A stretch of 64,000 nt of DNA. Origin: Verrucomicrobiia bacterium (lineage in GTDB: Bacteria > Acidobacteriota > Terriglobia > Acidiferrales > UBA7541). Each line of letters begins with the position of its first letter. Position 1 is the first letter of the stretch. Below the pieces are notes generated by a model. The model did not search any database. It was not told the origin of the DNA and saw only the letters and a list, made by a program, of their open reading frames with translations. Positions 1 to 9,923 of the stretch are shown one piece after another. The translations under genes and the position numbers were made by a program. Where the stretch lies: the NCBI GenBank assembly GCA_035482155.1, contig DATHRB010000053.1, positions 17,620-81,619 on the forward strand, read 5' to 3'.

Positions 1-136
1 CTTCTCCAAAAAGAGGCACCGCAGCAATGGGTGATGTGAGGATGACCCCGAAATAAATCAGGTCCCACAGGGTCAGCACGCGTTTCAGGTGAGGTTTCGT
101 CGAAGATTCCGAGGTGAGCTGCTTGGTTTGATCCAC
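1..136 (-). CDS. APC-family amino acid/polyamine permease, N-terminus only (runs off the window start)
   Basis: Not in the ORF track. The reverse strand from GTG at 136 reads VDQTKQLTSESSTKPHLKRVLTLWDLIYFGVILTSPIAAVPLFGE, matching the typical APC start L(K/R)RVLTLWDL..G. An AAAGAGG SD-like motif lies 4 nt upstream. Confidence 0.75.
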   Translation of the reverse strand, partial: MDQTKQLTSESSTKPHLKRVLTLWDLIYFGVILTSPIAAVPLFGE

Positions 137-208
137 CCAGCCTCTTTCCACTAATTCGCGCTTCTGCGCGATGGTCCAGACAAGCTGTACCTAGACTGTT
201 CGTTCCAC

Positions 209-2062
209 TCAGAAAAGCAGCCGCTCATTCTTACGCGCTTTCTCGTATTCACTTCGTGCGTTTTTCACCGTGTCCCGTTCGGAAACCTCCGCGATAGGCA
301 CGTCCCACCACGATTCGTATCCAGGCACGCGGTCGTCGTAAGAGGTTTCCACCACCACCACGGAAGTTCGCGTCTGTTTTTTCCCCTCGCATAAGGCATT
401 TCTCAATCCTTCTGACGTGCGCGCCCGAACCGCCCAGGCTCCCAGGCTTGCCGCATTGGCCTGGAAATCCACTGGCAGCAACTCTCCGTCATAGCGCTCT
501 CCTTGCCGATAACGATAGTTCGTCCCCATCCCTTCGTTCCCGCAGATGCGGCTCAATCCGCCAATACTCGAGAATCCGTGGTTATCCAGCAGGACGATAT
601 TTAGCTTGTAGCCTTCCTGCACCGAAGTGACAATTTCCTGCGCCATCATTAAATAAGATCCGTCGCCAACCATCACGTAGACATCACTCTCGGGCTTGGC
701 CATTTTTATTCCCAACCCGCCCGCGATTTCATAGCCCATGCAGGAATAGCCATATTCCATGTGGTAATTGCCCGGCCCGCGTGTGCGCCATAGCTTGTGC
801 AAGTCGCCAGGTAAACTTCCCGCCGCACATACCATGACATCATCGGCTTTACACATTTCGTTTACCACCCCGATGACTTCGCCTTGCGTGATAGGCGGAT
901 CTTTTCGTATGCCATAAATGCGTTCAACTTCCTTTTCCCACTCGTCGCGAAATTTGGAAATTCTCTCTTGATAATTTGAATTCACTCGCACGCCGGACAG
1001 CGCCTCGCTCAATTCTTCCAGCGTCACACCTGCATCTCCAGTGAGTGGCAGTGCGCGATGTTTGTAGCTGTCAAATTCCGCCACATTAATATTTATGAAT
1101 CGCACCTCTGGATTTTGAAACGCGGTTTTCGACGCGGTAGTAAAGTCGCTGTAGCGAGTCCCAATTCCGATAATCACGTCCGCTTCCCTCGCCATGATAT
1201 TGGCGCCCGGAGTTCCAGTGACTCCAATCGCTCCCAATTGCTGCGCGTGATCATAAGGCAAAGACCCTTTTCCAGCTTGGGTTTCGCATACGGGAATGCC
1301 CGTCTGTTGCGCAAATTTCGCAAGCGCTTCCCAGGCCTCCGAATAAAGCACTCCTCCACCTGCTACGATCAATGGTTTTGTCGCGGAACGAATCCATTCC
1401 GCTGCGGTCGTAAGAAAACGCTGGTCGCAACGATTTCGCGGAATCGTCCACACCCGCTTCTTCAGAAATTCCTGAGGAAACTCAAAACTTTCGGCTTGCA
1501 CGTCTTGCGGCAAGCTAAGCGTTACCGCCCCAGTATTTTCCGGCGAAGTAAGCACGCGCATCGCTTCCGGCAAAGCCGTGAGAATCTGTTCCGGACGCTG
1601 GATCCGGTCCCAATAGCGTGAAACTGGCTTGAAGCAATCATTCACGGAAACATCTTGTGATGAGGGGGATTCCAGTTGCTGCAAAACCGGCGACACATTT
1701 CTTCTCGCGAAAATATCCCCGGGCAAGAGCAGCACTGGCAGACGGTTGATGGTTGCCAACGCTGCCCCAGTGACCATATTTGTCGCGCCCGGTCCGATCG
1801 AAGTTGTGCAGGCTAAGGTGCGCAGCCGAAAACTTGCTTTGCTGAAAGCCGCGGCAGTATGAACCATAGCTTGTTCATTTCGGCAAAGATAATAGCGAAG
1901 CCTCCGGTCTTGCTCGAGCGCTTGTCCCATGCCCGCCACATTACCGTGCCCAAAAATTCCAAAGCATCCCTCGAAGAATCTCCGTTCCCGGTTATCCCGG
2001 CTGGAATACTGGTTCGATAGAAATGCCACGATGGCTTGTGCAACAGTCAGGCGGCGATTCAT
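209..2062 (-). CDS. iolD: 3D-(3,5/4)-trihydroxycyclohexane-1,2-dione acylhydrolase (ThDP-dependent, myo-inositol catabolism)
   Basis: Motifs RLTVAQAIVAFL, GIFGHGNVAG, RNEQAMVH, TSIGPGATN, HMEYGYSCMGYE and ThDP motif GDGSYLM...NHG; adjacent to iolB. Confidence 0.93.
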   Translation of the reverse strand: MNRRLTVAQAIVAFLSNQYSSRDNRERRFFEGCFGIFGHGNVAGMGQALEQDRRLRYYLCRNEQAMVHTAAAFSKASFRLRTLACTTSIGPGATNMVTGAALATINRLPVLLLPGDIFARRNVSPVLQQLESPSSQDVSVNDCFKPVSRYWDRIQRPEQILTALPEAMRVLTSPENTGAVTLSLPQDVQAESFEFPQEFLKKRVWTIPRNRCDQRFLTTAAEWIRSATKPLIVAGGGVLYSEAWEALAKFAQQTGIPVCETQAGKGSLPYDHAQQLGAIGVTGTPGANIMAREADVIIGIGTRYSDFTTASKTAFQNPEVRFININVAEFDSYKHRALPLTGDAGVTLEELSEALSGVRVNSNYQERISKFRDEWEKEVERIYGIRKDPPITQGEVIGVVNEMCKADDVMVCAAGSLPGDLHKLWRTRGPGNYHMEYGYSCMGYEIAGGLGIKMAKPESDVYVMVGDGSYLMMAQEIVTSVQEGYKLNIVLLDNHGFSSIGGLSRICGNEGMGTNYRYRQGERYDGELLPVDFQANAASLGAWAVRARTSEGLRNALCEGKKQTRTSVVVVETSYDDRVPGYESWWDVPIAEVSERDTVKNARSEYEKARKNERLLF

Positions 2063-2153
2063 GCAGGAGCGCTCCCCGATGGCGATTCGTCAGTTTGAGC
2101 CATAGCATGCCGCAGAACTTCTAGAGGCACCAGTTAAAAATAAATTAATTTGC

Positions 2154-2163
2154 TAACCGCTTA
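2154..2163. promoter_or_regulatory. Candidate LacI-family operator upstream of iolD (TAACCGCTTA)
   Basis: Near-palindrome with central CG fitting nAANCGNTTn; a similar site lies upstream of iolB. Confidence 0.4.
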
Positions 2164-2226
2164 TTCGAATCGGCGCGTCCGCGCTTTTTCAACTTTATTT
2201 CATCACACCAAGGATTGATCGCAATG

Positions 2227-3075
2227 CTACCGGATCAATGGAAGGCGCGGGTCGGTTTCTTTCCACGTCGATTTAATCCACACGTGGTTGGGATCTTCAG
2301 TTACCGACAAGGTCCGCGAGGTCCCCGCAAGAAAATTCAAGTAGTATACGTTGTATCCTGGTCCCGCAACCACCGGATGAAAACCGGAATGAACTAATAC
2401 TGCATCGCCGTCCTGCGCCCGCACTGTGAAGTCTCGCGACTTATCCGGTGAGTACAGTCTTTGCAGCGCGAATCCTTCTTTGGGATGCTCAATCCGGTAG
2501 TAGTAAATTTCGTCCAGATCAACCTCGGTGGGTGGGTCATGCACGTCATGTTTGTGCGGCGGATAGCTCGACCAGTTCCCCCCCGGTGTGTACACCTCAA
2601 TGACCACCAACTTATCTGCGGGGAAATCAGGTCTGATAATATCCACAATCTGGCGTGAAGCATTTCCGCCTCCGCGCAAGCTGGTGGCGACGTCGTCTGG
2701 AGTGATCAGCCGCGGTTCAAGTTTGGCCTCGGAAGGAACCCGGCATTCCGCAATCTCGCAAACAGTTTCGGCGGTAAACGTGATTTCATGACCGGCTGGA
2801 AGGTAAATCGCATAAGGAAACCCCTCAAAAACATTTGCGCGCTTGCCAATTTGCTTCGGTCCTTGACCCCAGTCGGCTATGCACTTCCCACCCAGCACAA
2901 CAAATGCGATTTCCTCTTTTCGTGCAGCCGTTTGCACCATGTCTCCCGGCTGCAAGCGCCACACTGACATACTCATCCACTTCCACCCCGCCTGTTCGCG
3001 GTCGAGGTGCAAAAGTTCTCCCGATTGCCCCGCGGCCAAGTTCTGGGAATGGACTAGAGAGACAGGTTCACTCAC
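2227..3075 (-). CDS. iolB: 5-deoxy-glucuronate isomerase
   Basis: EVYTPGGNWSSYPPHKHD, LDEIYYYR, GFHPVVAGPGYNVYYLNFLAG are IolB/KduI cupin signatures. Confidence 0.93.
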   Translation of the reverse strand: MSEPVSLVHSQNLAAGQSGELLHLDREQAGWKWMSMSVWRLQPGDMVQTAARKEEIAFVVLGGKCIADWGQGPKQIGKRANVFEGFPYAIYLPAGHEITFTAETVCEIAECRVPSEAKLEPRLITPDDVATSLRGGGNASRQIVDIIRPDFPADKLVVIEVYTPGGNWSSYPPHKHDVHDPPTEVDLDEIYYYRIEHPKEGFALQRLYSPDKSRDFTVRAQDGDAVLVHSGFHPVVAGPGYNVYYLNFLAGTSRTLSVTEDPNHVWIKSTWKETDPRLPLIR

Positions 3076-3130
3076 TTCGCCTCCACATCAGCGAATTTCC
3101 CTGCAAGATTCACTTTTTCGTTTCGTATTC

Positions 3131-3140
3131 TAACCGGTTT
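3131..3140. promoter_or_regulatory. Candidate LacI-family operator upstream of iolB (TAACCGGTTT)
   Basis: Palindromic core AACCGGTT at 3132-3139, about 55 nt upstream of the iolB ATG. Confidence 0.45.
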
Positions 3141-3237
3141 GAGACTATAGAAATGCCTTTTATCTTGTCAAATCGGGATGGTGAGGATATCGAGATGGTT
3201 TTTTGGGCAATATTTACGAAAGGAGTGTGAGAAATAT

Positions 3238-4083
3238 TTATTCGACTCGATTGGATAGCGTACCGCTGGATGTTGGCCGAGCGTCTGATCGCCGCGAATC
3301 TATTTCCTCAAGCGGACGTGCCGCCAGGATTTCGTAGTTCCGGTATTTGATGGACAATACCGCGTGTCCGCCCACGCGCATGCTCGACGTGGATTCATTC
3401 TCCGAAGGAAACCAAAAATCACCCGATTTTTTATAGATATGATGAATTGCGGTGCTCTTGATCCACAACGACGGATTCTTCGATGGCTCCGCCTCGATGC
3501 GGCATACCGCGAAATCTTTGCTGTTCACCCACACGCGTCCGCGATATAGAAGCTTGTTCGGCATTTTCGGTTGAACGGTTAGCACGTAAGAGCAACCGTC
3601 ACCGGTATCTTGAAACTCCATCCCGGTGAATTCGTAATTGCGGCGATCCAGGGCCACACGCTCGCGATTCTTACTACTTAAAGCTTCTTGTTCAGCTTGC
3701 ATCAGCCCTTTGAAAATCCGCTCAATCATCCATTTGGGGCCGCTCTGCGAAACGATCTTAAAGTTCTTCGTCGCTGGCGCCTCGTAAACCATGTCCACAA
3801 CCATCTCGGCCTTTAGCGACGTGGGGAATCCCGTGTAATCCAGACGATAAAAACGCCTGCTTTGGTAACGTTGCAAAGCCGCCGCTCGCTCGGCATTTTT
3901 TACGACGAGATTGTCCACCACCTGTTCGAGTGTTGGTCGCGCTCCGATACCTGTTGGTAGTATGACCGTTTGTGCCATGCCGGGGGCAGTCCAGATCAGC
4001 AGAGATGCAATAATCAGTGCGCGGCTCTGACAGAGTCGGGCCGCGGATACAGCCCCACTTCGACCCGCGGGCTTTCTGATCAT
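3238..4083 (-). CDS. Secreted protein, possibly LolA/RseB(MucB)-like fold
   Basis: Signal-peptide-like N-terminus from ATG 4083 (IIASLLIWTAPGMAQ); YVLTVQPK and YRGRVWVNSKDFAVCRIE resemble outer-membrane lipoprotein-sorting-like proteins. Start codon uncertain. Confidence 0.55.
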   Translation of the reverse strand: MIRKPAGRSGAVSAARLCQSRALIIASLLIWTAPGMAQTVILPTGIGARPTLEQVVDNLVVKNAERAAALQRYQSRRFYRLDYTGFPTSLKAEMVVDMVYEAPATKNFKIVSQSGPKWMIERIFKGLMQAEQEALSSKNRERVALDRRNYEFTGMEFQDTGDGCSYVLTVQPKMPNKLLYRGRVWVNSKDFAVCRIEAEPSKNPSLWIKSTAIHHIYKKSGDFWFPSENESTSSMRVGGHAVLSIKYRNYEILAARPLEEIDSRRSDARPTSSGTLSNRVE

Positions 4084-4114
4084 CGGCGCCGCCAACCGCC
4101 CATCACACTTGGAA

Positions 4115-5305
4115 TTACGCATTTGCATCGCAGGGAATCTCGGTGGCCAAAGATAATTCTGTATTTCTGCCAAAGGTGTAATTCAGCGCGTGACGCACTG
4201 ACTTCTTTTCGGCCATGCGGATAATAGAAAAAATTCGCCCCAAAAACCGCGGCGGCGCTTTCCACAACGCCGACAACGGACTGTCGCAGCCCGTATAACA
4301 ATCAATATGAAACACTCGCTCATCCCAGCGGCGGGAACCCACCGGATATTCTGGATATTCGCGAAGCACATCAATCACTGTTTGCCAAAACCGCAAGCTG
4401 CGCGGCTCCGCATATTGCGGCATAAACAGAACATGGCTCAGCTGCTCGTCCCTGATTTCCTCCACGAACTGAGAAAAATTTGTGGCGCGCGTCAGGTTCA
4501 GTGCGCCGCTAGGCTCGCATCCATGCCGGTCTCCCCCTGAAATTACCGGCCGCTCCCAAAGCTCAGCCAGATCTATGACCCGTTTGTTTTCGCTCCAGTA
4601 GCGCATGGCGTTCAGCTCGAAAGCGTGAAGAAATTCGATGTGCTGCTGCAAAAATCGTTCCAGAACAAGTTGGAATGAAAGTTGTCCCGGACCCAGCTGG
4701 TCCCACAGTGGGTGGTTGAAGACGATCAATACATCAGGTATTTCATGGAGAGCCGCCATTATTTCCACTAAGCGGGAGGCAGAAGGGCTGCGAGTGTATT
4801 CTGCAAAGTCTTCCATGAAAGTCGGCGCCAGGTTCGGCGGCAGGTTGTGAACGCCCATATGAAACACCGCATCTTCAAACGGCACACTCCACTCCACCGC
4901 AAGCGGGATCTGTATCGCCTCGGGCAATTGTCGCAAAGAGGTCGGCGCCCCTATGCTGTCATGATCGGTAAGCGATACCAGGCTCATCAAATCGAGCTCG
5001 CATTCAATTTGCTTGCTCTCCAATTCGAATCCCACCTTGGCTGATACCGGTGGTCGCCAGTACGCCGTGGAAAAATCCACCGGTCTGCACGACTTCTTGC
5101 ACTGTTTGTCTAGGGCCCGCCGTAACACCGGCCACTTTTCTGCGAACGCGGGGATGAAGTGCAGGCTTTCTTTAGAGAAATTAGTGTGGCTGTGGAGAGA
5201 AACCGCTGCGCGGTAATTTCCCTCAATTTGTGGTTGATTCCAAACGCACGAAATCTTCGATAACGTCAATCGCTGGCCTCCAATTTTAGCCGCGGGCTCC
5301 GGCAC
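4115..5305 (-). CDS. PHP-domain metallo-hydrolase-like protein
   Basis: SLHSHT, LTDHD, VEWS, FHMGVHN, FNHP and GGDRH correspond to PHP metal-binding motifs. Confidence 0.65.
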   Translation of the reverse strand: MPEPAAKIGGQRLTLSKISCVWNQPQIEGNYRAAVSLHSHTNFSKESLHFIPAFAEKWPVLRRALDKQCKKSCRPVDFSTAYWRPPVSAKVGFELESKQIECELDLMSLVSLTDHDSIGAPTSLRQLPEAIQIPLAVEWSVPFEDAVFHMGVHNLPPNLAPTFMEDFAEYTRSPSASRLVEIMAALHEIPDVLIVFNHPLWDQLGPGQLSFQLVLERFLQQHIEFLHAFELNAMRYWSENKRVIDLAELWERPVISGGDRHGCEPSGALNLTRATNFSQFVEEIRDEQLSHVLFMPQYAEPRSLRFWQTVIDVLREYPEYPVGSRRWDERVFHIDCYTGCDSPLSALWKAPPRFLGRIFSIIRMAEKKSVRHALNYTFGRNTELSLATEIPCDANA

Positions 5306-5562
5306 GTACCGGGATTTGGGTCTAACTACCTGGAGGCCGACGCTTCCTTCAGACCGTCACGTTATTGATTGTATCTGCTATTCAAGCCTTTTCTTCTAGT
5401 CTTTGGTATACAACGGTCGCCAAAATGAAAATATCCACAATTGCACACACACTGACCAACTCGAATTCTGGTCCCGCAATAACAAAGTCATAGGCCACGC
5501 GCGCAAGATGCGAAAGCTGCCAAATTGTGGCTTAATTATGTCCGCATCAGAGACCGTGTGGA

Positions 5563-6750
5563 GTGATCAGCATGCCTTCCGTCAACTCGCCGCATGTCGT
5601 GAACATCCATGATTTGAGGCGCATAGCGCAGCGGCGGCTCCCCCGAGTGGTTTTCGATTATCTCGATGGTGGCGCGGAAGGCGAAGTCACGCTTCGAGAA
5701 AATTGCCGTGTTTTTGATGATGTAACCTTTCGTCCCCGTCACGCCGTGGCCTTTGCGAATTGCGATTTGCGCGCCACGGTGCTGGGACATGAGCTTTCTC
5801 TGCCCGCCATGCTCGCTCCCGTTGGTTACAGCCGGCTGATGCATCCCGGTGGAGAAGTTGCCGCCGCACGCGCCGCAGGGAAGGCCGGCACCGGTTATAT
5901 TCTCTCCACCATTTCAGGACACAAACTCGAAAATGTGAAAGCGGGCTCCGCCGGACCGGTCCTTTACCAGCTTTATCTAATGGGCGGGCGCGCCGCGGCG
6001 GAGGCTTCCATCGATCGCGCGCGGCGCGCCGGATTTGCCGCGCTCGTGATCACCATCGACACGCCGGTCAGCGGAATTCGCGAGCGCGACCCTCGCAACG
6101 GCATGGTTGAACTGCTGAACCCCGGACTCCTCCAAAAAATTCCTTATGCCGAGCAATTCTTAACGCATCCGGGCTGGCTATATTCCTTCTTGAAAGATGG
6201 TGGGGTTCCTCCCCTCTACAATGTGGTTCTGCCCGGAAAGGGCCCTATGCCTCTCACCGATATTGGCCGTGCCCTCGCTGCTTCTACGGTGACTTGGAAG
6301 GATCTGACCTGGATCAGAGAACACTGGAACGGCCCAATCGTCGTTAAGGGCGTGCTCACCGGCGATGATGGCCGCAGGGCCGTCGATGAAGGGGCTGCAG
6401 CCATCGTCGTTTCGAATCACGGCGGCCGCCAGCTTGATTGTGTTTCCGCATCCCTACGCGCATTGCCCGAAGTGGTCGCAGCCGTGAACGGCCGAATTGA
6501 AGTGCTAATGGATGGAGGCGTGCGCCGCGGCACCGACATCGTGAAAGCATTGTGCCTCGGCGCCCGCGCCGTCCTCTGTGGACGTGCCTATGCCTACGGA
6601 CTGGCCGCCGCCGGTGAAGCAGGAGTAACTCGCGCGATCGAAATTTTGCGCGAAGACGTCAAACGCACCCTGGTATTGTTGGGCTGTTCCAGCGTTGCAG
6701 CGCTCGATTCCTCTTACGTGCGTATCCCAAAGGATTGGGCCGCCAATTAA
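5563..6750 (+). CDS. lldD: FMN-dependent alpha-hydroxy acid dehydrogenase (L-lactate dehydrogenase LldD-like)
   Basis: FDYLDGGAEGE, APVG, QLY, VVKG, SNHGGRQ, DGGVRRGTD; next to a lactate permease. Substrate inferred from that context. Confidence 0.82.
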   Translation: MISMPSVNSPHVVNIHDLRRIAQRRLPRVVFDYLDGGAEGEVTLRENCRVFDDVTFRPRHAVAFANCDLRATVLGHELSLPAMLAPVGYSRLMHPGGEVAAARAAGKAGTGYILSTISGHKLENVKAGSAGPVLYQLYLMGGRAAAEASIDRARRAGFAALVITIDTPVSGIRERDPRNGMVELLNPGLLQKIPYAEQFLTHPGWLYSFLKDGGVPPLYNVVLPGKGPMPLTDIGRALAASTVTWKDLTWIREHWNGPIVVKGVLTGDDGRRAVDEGAAAIVVSNHGGRQLDCVSASLRALPEVVAAVNGRIEVLMDGGVRRGTDIVKALCLGARAVLCGRAYAYGLAAAGEAGVTRAIEILREDVKRTLVLLGCSSVAALDSSYVRIPKDWAAN

Positions 6751-6802
6751 ATTAAATCTGCGTTTCCGTCAACAATCGTTCCAAACCGCTCAGGGCAGAA
6801 CT

Positions 6803-8512
6803 TCAGTGCACGAAGTTCAATCCGTGCGGTATAAATTGCGGGAAAACATAAGCGTATAGCATCACAATCACGCCAATAATCGCCGCCAGCGCCACCGAAT
6901 GCCAAAACACAAACCGGAAAATCGAGCCTTCATTTCCCACTTGATTGGTTGCTGCGGTGGCGATGCAGATCGATTGTGCATCAATCATTTTGCCCATCAC
7001 GCCGCCGGCGCTGTTCGTGGCGCACATTAAGATTGGACTCAGATTCAGTTGCTGCGCTGTAATGCGCTGCAGGCCGCCAAATAGCGCGTTCGACGCCGTG
7101 TCGCTCCCCGTCAGCGCGACTCCCAGCCACCCGATATAGGCGCCAAAGAACGGAAAGAACCAGCCCGTCCGCGTAAATGCCAGTCCCAATACCGCATCCA
7201 TTCCCGAGTACCGTGTCACATATCCAAGGCCCAGCATGCACGCCATGGCAATGATTGCGAAACGCAACCGATACATCGTGCCGCCAAATATCTTGAATAT
7301 TCTCCCTGGTTTTAAACCCAACAGAAGCCCGGCAATAACTGCGGCAAAGAAGCAGCCCGTCCCAGTCGCAGTCAACCAGTTAAGATCGAACTTCGCGTTT
7401 TCCGCTGCGGGCTTCATCACCACCGGTTGTGCCCGAAATACGGCCTGATGCAAATAGGGCACTGCCCATCCCCCAGTCTTAAACGCCGGAGTTGTGTACT
7501 TACCCATAGCAGTCTTGATCGTCGGCAGTCCCCAGAGCAAAACAAACATGGATAGCAGCGCAAACGGCATCCACGCTTTTGCCAGTTGCCCAGGCGTGTG
7601 CACCACCGCGAACTCTCCGCGTTTCACCTTGGCGGCATCTTCTCCTCGTTCATCTTCAAATCGCCAGATCCGTTTCGGTTGCCACACTCGCAAGAATAAA
7701 AGTGTTGCGACGATGGATGCGATGCCCGCCGCAATATCCACAAGATTGCTGTCCACGTGATTCGACCAGAAATATTGCACCCCCGCGAACGAAATCCCCA
7801 CCACCAAAATCGCGGGAAATACTTCGAAAGTCTCCGACCAGCTCACAAAAGTGCGAACCAACCAAAACGGCACAATCACCGCGGTCCACGGAAGAATCCG
7901 CCCAACCATCGCGCTTAAGTCCGACTCCGGCAGCGCCGTCACCGCCGCCAGCGTATGTACTGGAGTTCCGATCGCTCCCCAAGCGACAGGCGCAGTATTA
8001 GCTATAAGATTCAAAACCGCCGCCTGAAACGGCCTGAATCCCAACCCGATCATAAACGCTCCAGCAATAGCTACCGGGGCCCCAAAGCCCGCCGCTCCTT
8101 CCAGAAAAGCGCCGAAAGCAAACGCCACCAGCAGCACCTGCAAACGCCGGTCAGGCGTAATCGCCGCGATAGACTGCTTCATTATTTCGAATTGGCCGGT
8201 ATCGACAGAAATGTCATACAAAAAGACCGCCGCAATCACGATCCATACTATTTTCAGAAATCCAAAAGCGCCCCCATACAGAAAGCTGATCACCGCCAAT
8301 CGTGAGGGCATCCCAAACGCCACGATGGCAATAATAATCGCCGCCGCCGCGCCGGCCATGGCGCACAGGTGAGGGCGCACTCGAAACCCTGCCAAAAGTG
8401 TCAGCAAAACGAGAATGGGGATGGCGGCCACCAGCGTCGATAACCACCAATGACCGAAAGGGTCATAGACTTGCGTCCAGGTCACAGGATCCTCCGCCGA
8501 AGAGAATTGCAC
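6803..8512 (-). CDS. lldP: L-lactate permease (LctP family)
   Basis: WTQVYDPFG, FGAFLEGAAGFGAPVAI, ANTAPVAWGAIGTP, LTGSDTASNALFG; highly hydrophobic. Confidence 0.9.
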   Translation of the reverse strand: MQFSSAEDPVTWTQVYDPFGHWWLSTLVAAIPILVLLTLLAGFRVRPHLCAMAGAAAAIIIAIVAFGMPSRLAVISFLYGGAFGFLKIVWIVIAAVFLYDISVDTGQFEIMKQSIAAITPDRRLQVLLVAFAFGAFLEGAAGFGAPVAIAGAFMIGLGFRPFQAAVLNLIANTAPVAWGAIGTPVHTLAAVTALPESDLSAMVGRILPWTAVIVPFWLVRTFVSWSETFEVFPAILVVGISFAGVQYFWSNHVDSNLVDIAAGIASIVATLLFLRVWQPKRIWRFEDERGEDAAKVKRGEFAVVHTPGQLAKAWMPFALLSMFVLLWGLPTIKTAMGKYTTPAFKTGGWAVPYLHQAVFRAQPVVMKPAAENAKFDLNWLTATGTGCFFAAVIAGLLLGLKPGRIFKIFGGTMYRLRFAIIAMACMLGLGYVTRYSGMDAVLGLAFTRTGWFFPFFGAYIGWLGVALTGSDTASNALFGGLQRITAQQLNLSPILMCATNSAGGVMGKMIDAQSICIATAATNQVGNEGSIFRFVFWHSVALAAIIGVIVMLYAYVFPQFIPHGLNFVH

Positions 8513-8568
8513 CCCTGGGGAGGTTGCGAATCTTCGGGAGAACTACAAATCAGTTATAGTGCGCTTGT

Positions 8569-8597
8569 GAAATAGTGCTTGGCCGCCGAATTGTCAA
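8569..8597 (-). promoter_or_regulatory. Candidate sigma70 promoter for lldP (TTGACA-N17-TATTTC)
   Basis: Perfect -35 with a 17-nt spacer on the minus strand; the -10 is weak. Confidence 0.35.
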
Positions 8598-8688
8598 GCG
8601 AGAAGTGAGCCTTGCATAGGATAAGCCGCGAGCCGAGCCTCGCGAACCACAAGCCGAATTATCGCGATATAATAGTTACCATAAGCTT

Positions 8689-9363
8689 ATGCGCATTCTC
8701 CTGGCCGAAGACGAACGAAAAGTTGCGAGCTTCATTGCGCGCACTCTTAGAGAAAATTCCTACGCCGTCGACATTGCGGACACCGGCGAAAAAGCCCTCG
8801 AACTTGGCAGGGAAGTGAATTACGACGCCATCCTTTTGGATGTGCGCCTGCCTGGCATAAGCGGAATCGAAGTGTGCCGCGAATTGCGCCAGCGGGGTAT
8901 CGAATCTCCCGTCATGATGCTTACCGCGCGAACCCTCGTCGAGCAGCGTGTCGAGGGACTGGATGCCGGTGCCGACGATTATTTGACCAAGCCCTTCGTG
9001 CTGGCCGAACTCCTCGCGCGCGTCAGAGCCCTGGTCCGCCGCGGCTTCCACAAAGGAAATGCTCGCCTGCATTACGCTGATCTGGAACTCGATCGCCACC
9101 GGCGCCGCGCCACGCGCGGCAAGGAAATAATCCCACTAACCTCCAAAGAATTTGCGCTCTTGGAGCTCTTCCTCCTGCACGCGCCGGACCTCATCACCCG
9201 CAGTGCCATCGTCGAACACGTGTGGGACTACCACTTCGACAGCGAGACCAATCTGGTAGAGGTTTATATCAATCGTCTGCGCCAGAAAATCGACGTCAGC
9301 GGCGCCCCCAAATTAATTCACACCGTGCGAGGCGTCGGCTACCGCCTAGGCATGCCCGAATAA
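8689..9363 (+). CDS. OmpR/CusR-family response regulator (no adjacent kinase)
   Basis: MRILLAEDE, phospho-acceptor LLDVRLPG, GADDYLTKPF, C-terminal winged helix HTVRGVGY. Confidence 0.92.
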   Translation: MRILLAEDERKVASFIARTLRENSYAVDIADTGEKALELGREVNYDAILLDVRLPGISGIEVCRELRQRGIESPVMMLTARTLVEQRVEGLDAGADDYLTKPFVLAELLARVRALVRRGFHKGNARLHYADLELDRHRRRATRGKEIIPLTSKEFALLELFLLHAPDLITRSAIVEHVWDYHFDSETNLVEVYINRLRQKIDVSGAPKLIHTVRGVGYRLGMPE

Positions 9364-9370
9364 TCTAAAT

Positions 9371-9417
9371 CCGGAGGGTGCCCCAGGCTTGATTTGTAGC
9401 CTGGGTCTTGCAGTTGT
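9371..9417 (+). repeat. REP-like palindromic element, copy A
   Basis: CGGAGGGTGCCCCAGGCTTGATTTGTAGCCTGGGTCTTG; 8-bp stem CCCAGGCT/AGCCTGGG; related copies at 36895, 46962 and 27879. Confidence 0.75.
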
Positions 9418-9474
9418 CTTTTGCAGTTGCTTTTGAGCTTGCCTTCTGAAACCCGCAGCGCAACTCATCCACCC

Positions 9475-9888
9475 TCAAGACCGTTCGACCGGCGCTGAAT
9501 AATCTTGCTCGCTTACATGTTCCAGCCACACCACACTAACGCCGTTCTGGTCCGCTTCTTGAATCGCCAGATGAACCATCGTGTGGCCAGCATCCGCCCC
9601 GTGCCAGTGACGTTCCCCCGCTTCGATCCAAACCGAATCGCCCGCAGTGATTATTTTCCCTGGCTTGCCCGCGAGTTGCACGCGCCCAACTCCTGTTAAC
9701 ACATGCAAGGCCTGCCCCATCGGATGCGTATGCCACGCTGTCCGCGCCCCTGGCTCAAACGAAACGCGATTCACAGCGAATCTCGCCGGCGCCGCAGCGG
9801 CCACGATTTCGTCGATCCACACCGTACCGGTAAACCAATCTTGCGGTCCCCTGCGGCAACCACGCATCTCGTTAGTCAATATTTTCAT
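9475..9888 (-). CDS. Cupin domain protein
   Basis: VSFEPGARTAWHTHPMGQ and GERHWHGA cupin motifs 1 and 2. Confidence 0.88.
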   Translation of the reverse strand: MKILTNEMRGCRRGPQDWFTGTVWIDEIVAAAAPARFAVNRVSFEPGARTAWHTHPMGQALHVLTGVGRVQLAGKPGKIITAGDSVWIEAGERHWHGADAGHTMVHLAIQEADQNGVSVVWLEHVSEQDYSAPVERS

Positions 9889-9923
9889 TTTTTCTTTCTG
9901 CACTCCAGCCGCATGACGCGAAC

